Assembly (NCBI GenBank): GCA_039184535.1
Contig: JBCDBC010000001.1
Span: 1-25,591 of the forward strand
Source of the DNA: Bacteroidota bacterium
GTDB lineage: Bacteria > Bacteroidota > Bacteroidia > J057
Reading direction: 5' to 3'
Length of the DNA: 25,591 nucleotides
Position 1 is the first letter of the stretch. Every line of letters begins with the position of its first letter. The translations under genes and the position numbers were made by a program. Below are positions 18,081 to 25,591 of this stretch, piece after piece. Under the pieces are notes generated by a model, which was not told the DNA's origin, searched no databases, and saw only the letters and a list, made by a program, of their open reading frames with translations.

Positions 18081-19835
18081 ATGTCTACGTTCACCAAAAC
18101 GAGAGAAAACGCGGGGGAAGATTCATCCCAGCATCAGTTGAAAACGGTAAGTGGGGCAGAAGCTGTCATTCTGTCTCTGATAGAAGAAGGCGTGGATACC
18201 GTCTTTGGCTATCCAGGTGGTGCCATTATGCCGGTCTATGATGCACTGTATGATTACAGAGATAAGATTAATCATATCCTGGTGAGACATGAGCAAGGAG
18301 CTACCCACGCTGCTCAAGGCTACTCCAGGGCTAATAACCGCACAGGTGTATGTATTGCTACCTCCGGACCTGGTGCTACCAACCTGGTTACAGGTATAGC
18401 AGATGCGCAGATAGACTCTACACCCATGGTGTGTATCACAGGACAGGTTCCCAGTCATCTACTAGGTACTGATGCCTTCCAGGAGACGGATGTGATTAGT
18501 ATGACCATGGCCGTTACCAAAGCCAACTTCCAGATCACACGTGCAGAAGAGGTCCCTGAAGTCATGGCTAAGGCCTTCTACATTGCCAATTCTGGTCGTC
18601 CCGGTCCGGTAGTAGTAGATATCTGTAAGGATGCAGAGAATGGAACCCTGAAATTTGAGTACAAGCCTTGCAAAAACATTAGAAGTTACATTCCTGTTCC
18701 GGAAACAGATCCTAAGATGCTTGATGAGGCGGTTAAGCTCATAAATGAAGCCAAGAAGCCTTTCATTCTGGCTGGACATGGAATTCTGATCTCGGAAGCA
18801 GAGCAGGAGTTTCTTGAGTTTGTAGAGAAATCCGGTATACCCGTAGGATGTACCCTACAGGGACTATCCTGCATCCCGACCAATCATCCTCTGTATAAGG
18901 GAATGCTCGGGATGCATGGAAACTATGGGCCTAATATCAAGACCAATGAGTGTGATGTCCTTATAGCTGTAGGAATGCGCTTTGATGACAGGGTAACAGG
19001 AAATGTAAATAAGTATGCCAAGCAGGCAAAAGTCATCCACATTGAAATAGACAAGGCAGAGATCAATAAAAATGTATACGCCCATGTCCCCCTACTGGGA
19101 GATGCAAAGGTGGTACTGGAACAACTTACGCCCAGGCTAGAGAAAAAGACCTACCCAGACTGGTTAGCTGAATTTGAAGTGTGTGAGAAAGAGGAATTTG
19201 AGAAAGTCATTAAGACAGACATAAATCCTGAATCAGACATGATTCATATGGGAGAAGTGGTAAACATGATTTCTAAAATGACGGAAGGAAAGGCCATCAT
19301 CGTGGCAGATGTAGGTCAGCACCAAATGGCAGCAGCACGCTACTATGATTACTTGGAGCATGATAGCTGGATTTCTTCCGGAGGACTGGGGACCATGGGT
19401 TTTGCGTTACCAGCCGCATTTGGAGCTAAACTGGCTAAGCCTGAAAGAGAGGTAGTTGCCATTATAGGAGATGGGGCCTTTCAAATGACCCTACAGGAAT
19501 TGGGCTGTCTTTCTCAGCATGATGTGAGAGTGAAGGTAGTCATCCTAAATAACCATTTTCTGGGGATGGTAAGACAGTGGCAGCAGCTCTTCTTTGACAG
19601 AAGATATTCTTTCACAGAATTAACCAACCCTGACTTTGTGAAGATAGCGGAAGGCTTTGGCGTTTCAGGTCAACAGGTAATGGAAAGGAAAGAATTGGAA
19701 GATTCTCTCAAGAAGATGCTGGACTTTCAGGGACCTTACCTGCTGGATATTAGGGTAGAGAAAGAAGCTAATATTTTCCCAATGGTTCCTGCTGGAGCCG
19801 GTATTTCAGATATTTTATTAGAGCCTGCACAGTAA
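18081..19835 (+). CDS. ilvB: Acetolactate synthase large subunit (biosynthetic)
   Basis: Motifs [43 protein letters not shown] and the ThDP motif GDGAFQM...NN. Confidence 0.97.
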   Translation: MSTFTKTRENAGEDSSQHQLKTVSGAEAVILSLIEEGVDTVFGYPGGAIMPVYDALYDYRDKINHILVRHEQGATHAAQGYSRANNRTGVCIATSGPGATNLVTGIADAQIDSTPMVCITGQVPSHLLGTDAFQETDVISMTMAVTKANFQITRAEEVPEVMAKAFYIANSGRPGPVVVDICKDAENGTLKFEYKPCKNIRSYIPVPETDPKMLDEAVKLINEAKKPFILAGHGILISEAEQEFLEFVEKSGIPVGCTLQGLSCIPTNHPLYKGMLGMHGNYGPNIKTNECDVLIAVGMRFDDRVTGNVNKYAKQAKVIHIEIDKAEINKNVYAHVPLLGDAKVVLEQLTPRLEKKTYPDWLAEFEVCEKEEFEKVIKTDINPESDMIHMGEVVNMISKMTEGKAIIVADVGQHQMAAARYYDYLEHDSWISSGGLGTMGFALPAAFGAKLAKPEREVVAIIGDGAFQMTLQELGCLSQHDVRVKVVILNNHFLGMVRQWQQLFFDRRYSFTELTNPDFVKIAEGFGVSGQQVMERKELEDSLKKMLDFQGPYLLDIRVEKEANIFPMVPAGAGISDILLEPAQ

Positions 19836-19841
19836 ACAATC

Positions 19842-20387
19842 ATGGAAAAATTATATACCATCTCCATCTTTACGGAGAACGAACCCGGATTACTTCACCG
19901 GATAACCACAGTTTTCACCAGAAGACACGTGAACCTAGAAAGCTTTACCGCTTCCCAGACCAAAGTGGAAAGCATTTACCGCTTTACTATAGTGGTAAAA
20001 ATGTCTTATGAGCGGGTGATCAAGATTGTTAAGCAACTGGATAAGATCATTGGGGTATTTAATGCCTTTCTGCATCAGGAGGAAGATGTGGTCCATCAGG
20101 AAGTAGCGCTTTATAAGCTCCCAACTCATACACTGGTTAATGGGAAGATAGAAGAGATCATGCGGGAGAATGGTGGAAGAATTCTCTCTGTAGAGCCAGA
20201 CTTTCTGGTCATTGAGAAAACGGGTAAGCATAATGAGACTCAGGATTTCCTGGAAAAGCTACAGCCATATGGGGTCCTTGAATTTGCCCGTTCAGGTCTG
20301 GTAGCAGTCATGAAAAGGAATTATAGTTTGGAAAAATATATCAGAAAAGATCCTGAAGAGCAGGTAGAAGCAGAAGCTAAAGCCTAA
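19842..20387 (+). CDS. ilvN: Acetolactate synthase small (regulatory) subunit
   Basis: ACT domain 'ENEPGLLHRITTVFTRRHVNLES' and C-terminal 'LEFARSG'. It lies directly after ilvB. Confidence 0.93.
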   Translation: MEKLYTISIFTENEPGLLHRITTVFTRRHVNLESFTASQTKVESIYRFTIVVKMSYERVIKIVKQLDKIIGVFNAFLHQEEDVVHQEVALYKLPTHTLVNGKIEEIMRENGGRILSVEPDFLVIEKTGKHNETQDFLEKLQPYGVLEFARSGLVAVMKRNYSLEKYIRKDPEEQVEAEAKA

Positions 20388-20447
20388 GTAAGGATACTGA
20401 TTGAAAATTAATCATCTTACAAATTCAACCTAAGCACTCAAAGGAAC

Positions 20448-21491
20448 ATGGCAAAAATCAATTTTGGAGGGGTAATCGAAGATGTGGTTACACGAGAAGA
20501 ATTTCCCCTGGAAAAAGCCCTGGAGGTATTAAAAGACGAAACTATCGCCATCATAGGATATGGAGTACAGGGACCCGGACAGGCGCTTAATATGCGTGAT
20601 AATGGGTTTAATGTCATTGTGGGCCAAAGACAGCCTTCCAAGTCATATGACAAAGCGGTAAAAGACGGGTGGGTTCCCGGAGAAACCCTGTTTTCCATAG
20701 AAGAGGCCCTAGAAAAAGGGACAGTCATCTTCTATTTGCTGTCAGACGCCGGTCAGATTCACCTTTGGCCTACAGTCAAGAAGCACCTGACGCCTGGAAA
20801 GACGCTCTATTTCTCACACGGATTTGGGGTGACTTATAAGGACCAAACAGGCATCATACCTCCTGAAGGGGTAGATGTAGTACTGGTGGCTCCTAAAGGT
20901 TCTGGAACCAGCTTGAGAAGACTGTTTGTAGCAGGTGAAGGATTAAACTCCAGCTATGCTATCTTCCAGGATGCTACTGGAAATGCTAAAGAAAGAGTGA
21001 TGGCTATCGGAATCGGAATTGGTTCAGGTTATCTGTTTGAAACTACTTTTGAGAAAGAAGTTTTCAGTGACCTTACCGGAGAAAGAGGAATCCTGATGGG
21101 AGCCCTGGCCGGTGTCATGGAAGCCCAGTATGATCTTCTGCGTAAGAAAGGACATTCTCCTTCTGAGGCCTTCAATGAAACCGTTGAGGAACTTACGCAG
21201 TCTTTGATCCGTCTGGTAGCAGAAAACGGCATGGACTGGATGTACGCTAACTGCTCTACCACTGCTCAGAGAGGAGCTTTGGATTGGAGACATAAGTTCC
21301 GTGATGCTACAGTTCCTGTATTTGAAGAGCTGTATGAAAGTGTAGCTACAGGAAACGAGGCCAGAATTACCATAGAGGCTAACCAAAGAGCTGACTATAG
21401 AGAAAAACTGGAAGAAGAACTGTCTGAGATCCATAATTCTGAGATGTGGCAGGCTGGTGCAGCAGTGAGAAAACTGCGTCCTTCCAAGTAA
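20448..21491 (+). CDS. ilvC: Ketol-acid reductoisomerase
   Basis: Motifs IGYGVQG, LSDAGQ, FSHGF, VAPKGSG, EVFSDLTGERGILMG, EAFNETVEE and CSTTAQRGA. Confidence 0.97.
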   Translation: MAKINFGGVIEDVVTREEFPLEKALEVLKDETIAIIGYGVQGPGQALNMRDNGFNVIVGQRQPSKSYDKAVKDGWVPGETLFSIEEALEKGTVIFYLLSDAGQIHLWPTVKKHLTPGKTLYFSHGFGVTYKDQTGIIPPEGVDVVLVAPKGSGTSLRRLFVAGEGLNSSYAIFQDATGNAKERVMAIGIGIGSGYLFETTFEKEVFSDLTGERGILMGALAGVMEAQYDLLRKKGHSPSEAFNETVEELTQSLIRLVAENGMDWMYANCSTTAQRGALDWRHKFRDATVPVFEELYESVATGNEARITIEANQRADYREKLEEELSEIHNSEMWQAGAAVRKLRPSK

Positions 21492-21510
21492 TGTTACCCT
21501 ATATTTTGAT

Positions 21511-21546
21511 ACACATTATTTCCCCAACTTCGGGGAAGTAATGTGT
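21511..21546 (+). terminator. Intercistronic hairpin between ilvC and ilvA (terminator-like or mRNA-stabilizing)
   Basis: ACACATTATTTCCCC-AACTTC-GGGGAAGTAATGTGT forms a 15-bp stem with one G:U pair and is followed by the pyrimidine-rich TCCTATTCTCTCTTT. Confidence 0.6.
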
Positions 21547-21583
21547 TCCTATTCTCTCTTTGACTGGAGAGAGTAACCTAATC

Positions 21584-22864
21584 ATGGCGGGACCTGATCT
21601 TATGACTTCTACTAAAACCAAAATGTTACCCCCTTCACTCATAGTGAAGGCCAGACAGCGCTTATCAGAGGTAGCTGAATCTACTCCTTTGATGTATAAT
21701 CATAACCTGTCAAACAAGTTTGGTTGCCATGTATGGCTGAAAAGGGAAGACTTACAGGTGGTAAGGTCATATAAAATCAGAGGCGCATTTAATCGCATGA
21801 GCTCTCTGAGTCAGGAAGAGCGACAAAAGGGAGTCATCTGCTCCAGTGCAGGAAACCATGCACAAGGAGTAGCCCTCAGCTGCTATGAACTAGGCATACA
21901 CGGTAAAATCTTTATGCCCATCACCACCCCTCGTCAGAAGGTGGATAAGGTCAAAATGTTTGGGCAGGACAAAGTAGAAGTTTTCCTAGTAGGGGATACC
22001 TATGATGACTCCTATGACGCCGCCATGCAAGAGCTGGAAAGGAGTGGGAGCATATTCATTCATCCCTTTGATGATGAGGCTATCATAGCAGGGCAGGGGA
22101 CCGTAGGCATGGAAATCCTCAGAGATGCCAAGCAAACCATGGATTTCATCTTCCTGGGTATAGGCGGAGGAGGACTAGCCGCAGGGGTAGGAAGCTATAT
22201 CAAGCAACTAAGTCCAGAGACCAAGATCATAGGGGTAGAGCCAGCCGGAGCCCCTTCCATGAAAATTTCTCTTGAAAAGGGAGAAGTAGTAACCCTGGAT
22301 GAGATAGACAAGTTTGTGGATGGAGCTGCTGTACGTAAAGTAGGTAGCCTGACCTTTTCTATTTGTCAGGAGGTGATAGATGACATAATTCTCGTGCCGG
22401 AAGGTAAAGCCTGTAGTACCATTCTCCAGTTATACAATGAGGAAGCCATTGTAGTGGAGCCAGCCGGAGCCTTAAGCATAGCCTGCCTGGAGTTCTACAG
22501 GGAGCAGATCAAAGGAAAGCATGTGGTCTGCATAGTAAGCGGAAGTAATAATGATATTACCCGTACGGAAGAAATCAAGGAAAGGTCTCTGCTGTATGAA
22601 GGCCTGAAGCACTACTTCATCGTAAACTTCCCACAGAGAGCAGGGGCCCTAAGAGAGTTTCTTACGAATGTCCTGGGACCGAATGATGACATTACCCGCT
22701 TTGAGTATATCAAGAAGAACAACAGGGAGAATGCACCTGCCTTAATTGGGATAGAATTGCAGGATAAGGAGGACTATGAGGGACTCATCCAGAGAATGGA
22801 TAAGTTTACTGTCCAATACCAGATCGTGAATGACGATCCTACCTTATTTAATCTATTTGTTTGA
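21584..22864 (+). CDS. ilvA: Threonine ammonia-lyase, biosynthetic (short form with one ACT-like domain)
   Basis: Motifs LKREDLQ..RSYKIRGA (PLP Lys), SAGNHAQG, GIGGGGL, EPAGA, SGSNND and the regulatory 'FPQRAGALREF'. The start is uncertain: TTG 21560, ATG 21584 or ATG 21602. Confidence 0.96.
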   Translation: MAGPDLMTSTKTKMLPPSLIVKARQRLSEVAESTPLMYNHNLSNKFGCHVWLKREDLQVVRSYKIRGAFNRMSSLSQEERQKGVICSSAGNHAQGVALSCYELGIHGKIFMPITTPRQKVDKVKMFGQDKVEVFLVGDTYDDSYDAAMQELERSGSIFIHPFDDEAIIAGQGTVGMEILRDAKQTMDFIFLGIGGGGLAAGVGSYIKQLSPETKIIGVEPAGAPSMKISLEKGEVVTLDEIDKFVDGAAVRKVGSLTFSICQEVIDDIILVPEGKACSTILQLYNEEAIVVEPAGALSIACLEFYREQIKGKHVVCIVSGSNNDITRTEEIKERSLLYEGLKHYFIVNFPQRAGALREFLTNVLGPNDDITRFEYIKKNNRENAPALIGIELQDKEDYEGLIQRMDKFTVQYQIVNDDPTLFNLFV

Positions 22865-23977
22865 TCGGAAAACGGGAGCCGCTTCAGTTGAACCACCCAG
22901 AGGTTTCATATTGAAATCTTCTCCTATGGTGTGTATGCTACCACCCGTCTTTTCGGCTATTTCTTTATAATGAGGGTGGATCTTCTCCTGATCAGTATCA
23001 CAGAGAATGATATGCACCGGTCTATTGATCTTCACCAATAGTTCCATATCTCTCACTTCACTTTTATTATCAGCTATGAGAATGATGTCCTGGTACTGAT
23101 TGAGGTGGTTAATTCCAGTGAGAACTGCCTCAAGGTCATTCTCTTCAGCATCTCCTCCATCTCCTTTTTTCATCACAAAGGCCATGGTTTTGATGATGTA
23201 TTCAAGATCATGGGAAGGGGTCTTGTAGATTCCACCTGTTTTACCAGGCTTCTTCTGCCAGTTCTTTCTGTTATTCCCATCATTGAATAAGACCAGGTGC
23301 TTAATGCTGGAATTATTATCCTTCAATTGTTGTTTGTGCCACAGCAGCATTTGAAGACCGTACTTATACATACTGCCAGTCCAGTCCATGACTACCAACA
23401 TATCATTCCATTGTTGATTTCTTTCCATGACTTTAAAGACAGTAGAGTCTTTTATTCTCGCATATCCATTCAGTACAGATCTCATGTCCTTGGATGACTT
23501 GATCCTGTCCAGGGTACGTACCTTTCTGGGTCTGTATTTGATGACAAATCCGTGAAAGTATTCTTTAGCCTGATCTTCAGACTCACAGCTGGTTTGTAAG
23601 TACATATTCCATCTGATAGTAGGATCATCCTTCAAACTGGGATCCAACTTAAACAGGGCTTCCATCCTGTCATTTAGCAGACTTGAGTAGTCCGTGCGCC
23701 ACTTGGCGGTATCCACAGGATACATGGTGAAAACGAGATCTATTTCCAGCGCTTTAACATAGGGGGAGCGTTTAATCCAGGCGGATTCTCCCTCTTCTGC
23801 CACTTCAGAGCGGGCATAATTCATTTCGAGTTTTACATGTGGTGTAAATTGCTCTACTTTGTAATCGGGAACTTCTATTCGCTGAAAGAAAATATTTTTG
23901 ATCTTGACTATGTCGTCAGCCAATATTTCAGTTGAGAAAAACCCGAAAATCATGATGATACTTGCCAGATACTTCAT
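22853..23977 (-). CDS. Exported protein with a C-terminal vWA-like domain
   Basis: Signal peptide (MKYLASIIMIFGFFSTEILA-D). MIDAS-like 'VVMDWTGSM', plus 'LVLFND', 'GGDAEENDLEAV' and 'IILIADN'. Confidence 0.7.
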   Translation of the reverse strand: MKYLASIIMIFGFFSTEILADDIVKIKNIFFQRIEVPDYKVEQFTPHVKLEMNYARSEVAEEGESAWIKRSPYVKALEIDLVFTMYPVDTAKWRTDYSSLLNDRMEALFKLDPSLKDDPTIRWNMYLQTSCESEDQAKEYFHGFVIKYRPRKVRTLDRIKSSKDMRSVLNGYARIKDSTVFKVMERNQQWNDMLVVMDWTGSMYKYGLQMLLWHKQQLKDNNSSIKHLVLFNDGNNRKNWQKKPGKTGGIYKTPSHDLEYIIKTMAFVMKKGDGGDAEENDLEAVLTGINHLNQYQDIILIADNKSEVRDMELLVKINRPVHIILCDTDQEKIHPHYKEIAEKTGGSIHTIGEDFNMKPLGGSTEAAPVFRSNK

Positions 23978-24186
23978 GACGCAGAAATTTAGATCAAGGA
24001 TGAACGTACAACTTGTTTGATAGTCAGAGGGTTGATTTGTGCATGCGCTATATTATGAGCTAGTGTATAAGTAAGTTAAAAATACCTCCAGTAAGAATCA
24101 ACTCTTCACAAACTGGAAATTTGACCGTTGGGGTAGCATTTTAGATCTCTTTGTGCTTAAATCTTACATACAATTGAAAATACAAC

Positions 24187-24876
24187 CTAAATATCTCCCA
24201 AAGCAGGCCGTATGACTATATCTTCTACTACGGTTCTTTCTGATAATTGATACGTATCCCAAACCACTTTTCCTATATCTTCTACCGGGATGAATCTTTC
24301 ATCTGGAAGATCTGTTCCGTCCCAGGAAGCAGTTCTCACAGCACCTGGCAGAACACTTACCACCCTAATATTATACGGTTTTAACTCCTCTCTTAGCATT
24401 TTTGAAAAGCCTAAAAGTGCAAATTTTGAAATACAATAGGACCCACCGTTAGGATAGGCCTTTAAGCTTGCTACACTGCAGATGTTAAAAACCATTCCAG
24501 CTTTTCTTTCTATCATGGGAGGAAGCAGTATTTTGGACAGGTAATATGCACTGTCAATGTTTGTTCTCATTTGCGCTTCATAGATTTCATCCTCTTCCTG
24601 ATGAATGAGACCCGGCAGAAACACGCCTCCATTGTTCACTAATACATCCAAAGTGCCAAATTCCTTTAAAACAGTTTGTCCCAATAATTTTACCTCCTTC
24701 TTATCTGACAGATCACAAGTGAAGGTATGTATGTTTGGCATTTCAGCTTTGGCAGCAGTTAGTCCTTCCTGCCCCCTGGCACAAATGATGGCCTCAAAAT
24801 CATGCTGATAAAAAATCCGGGCTATAGCCAGTCCTATCCCTTTGGAGGCACCTGTTACAAGAATCTTTTTGGACAT
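24187..24876 (-). CDS. Short-chain dehydrogenase/reductase (SDR)
   Basis: Motifs TGASKGIG, DVLVNNGG, NICSVAS and the catalytic YCISK (YxxxK). Confidence 0.95.
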   Translation of the reverse strand: MSKKILVTGASKGIGLAIARIFYQHDFEAIICARGQEGLTAAKAEMPNIHTFTCDLSDKKEVKLLGQTVLKEFGTLDVLVNNGGVFLPGLIHQEEDEIYEAQMRTNIDSAYYLSKILLPPMIERKAGMVFNICSVASLKAYPNGGSYCISKFALLGFSKMLREELKPYNIRVVSVLPGAVRTASWDGTDLPDERFIPVEDIGKVVWDTYQLSERTVVEDIVIRPALGDI

Positions 24877-25000
24877 ATATGATTGTTAGTGTTAGAATTG
24901 ATCGCCTAAGATACACGCTTTCCAACTACCAACTTTGAGAGAAGCGTAATTTTAGTATTATTGCTGAGCATTTGCATATTCTCATCCATTATACTAAGGC

Positions 25001-25591
25001 TTGAAAACCCTACTGTCTCATTTTGGAAGGTACCTCTTGATGCTGGGCGACATGTTTAAAACCATGGAGAAGCCCAGAGTATATTATCAGCTGTGGTTGA
25101 CGGAAATCACAGCTATGGTGGGAGGGAGTCTTACCATAGTAGTAATTATTTCTACTTTCATTGGGGCTGTAATGTGCCTTCAGACTGCCTATCAGCTGGA
25201 TAGTGATCTCTTTCCAGACTCAGTTATAGGTTCTGTGGTATCTGCTTCTACCCTCCTGGAACTTTCCCCTACGGTGATGACGCTGGTACTAGCCGGAAGG
25301 ATAGGGTCTCAGATCTCCTCACAGCTAGGGAACATGCGGGTTACAGAACAAATAGATGCCATAGAAGTGATGGGTATCAACTCGGTAGCCTACCTGATCT
25401 TCCCAAAAGTGATTGCAGGAATTTTTGCTTTACCTATGCTGGTAACCGTCTCAGCTTTTCTCGCTCATGCAGGAGGAATGATGGCGGGAGAAGTATCAGG
25501 AGAGGTAACAGCCATAGAATTTGCCCTGGGAATGCGTCAGTATTATGATCCCTTTCAGGTGACGGTGATGTATGTAAAGGCCTTCATCTTC
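25001..25591 (+). CDS. mlaE: MlaE-family ABC transporter permease, 3'-truncated by the window edge (not in the ORF track)
   Basis: Open frame from TTG 25001: LKTLLSHFGRYLLML...ELSPTVMTLVLAGRIGSQISSQLGNMRVTEQIDAIEVMGINSVAYLIFPK, which carries the MlaE signature. No stop codon before the window end. Confidence 0.9.
   Translation, partial: MKTLLSHFGRYLLMLGDMFKTMEKPRVYYQLWLTEITAMVGGSLTIVVIISTFIGAVMCLQTAYQLDSDLFPDSVIGSVVSASTLLELSPTVMTLVLAGRIGSQISSQLGNMRVTEQIDAIEVMGINSVAYLIFPKVIAGIFALPMLVTVSAFLAHAGGMMAGEVSGEVTAIEFALGMRQYYDPFQVTVMYVKAFIF

Noticed and set aside
20438-20447. SD-like AAGGA before ilvC
   Set aside because: A single 5-mer in an A-rich initiation region is not distinguishable from chance.
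15985-21434. Minus-strand ORFs within the ilv operon, including the 212-aa 17359-17997
   Set aside because: They arise from codon bias of the sense ilv genes and show no independent start context or protein motifs.
24026-24115. Weak inverted repeats in the SDR-vWA spacer (AGAGGGTTGATT/AATCAACTCT; CCAGT/ACTGG) as a possible sRNA
   Set aside because: The pairings are short, interrupted and in AT-rich DNA, with no promoter or terminator support.

Overview
Chromosomal window, most likely from a Bacteroidota genome. This assignment is an inference from the T9SS-type C-terminal sorting domains, TAnnTTTG-like promoter elements and an MAKINFGG-type IlvC. The left part holds a YqhA-like membrane protein, a large BNR/VPS10-repeat secreted protein, a membrane-fused TlpA, a LolA-like protein, enolase, a nitrilase-family amidohydrolase, a hypothetical protein and an acidic lipoprotein. 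The middle holds two tandem paralogous beta-helix T9SS cargo genes followed by a LytS/LytTR two-component pair. The right part holds an ilvE-like/ilvD/ilvB/ilvN/ilvC/ilvA operon, a secreted vWA protein, an SDR and a truncated mlaE. The most notable signals are absent from the ORF track: (1) a 17-codon Ile/Leu/Val-rich leader peptide (15290-15343) with an antiterminator and a 15-bp hairpin that lacks a U-tract; (2) a 16-bp palindrome at the predicted ilv transcription start; (3) an IlvE-like aminotransferase whose branched-chain specificity residues are systematically replaced; (4) a perfect 50-bp palindrome with a GTAG-type REP-like half copy. No rRNA, tRNA, CRISPR array or transposase was seen. 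All family assignments come from motif recognition, not database searches.
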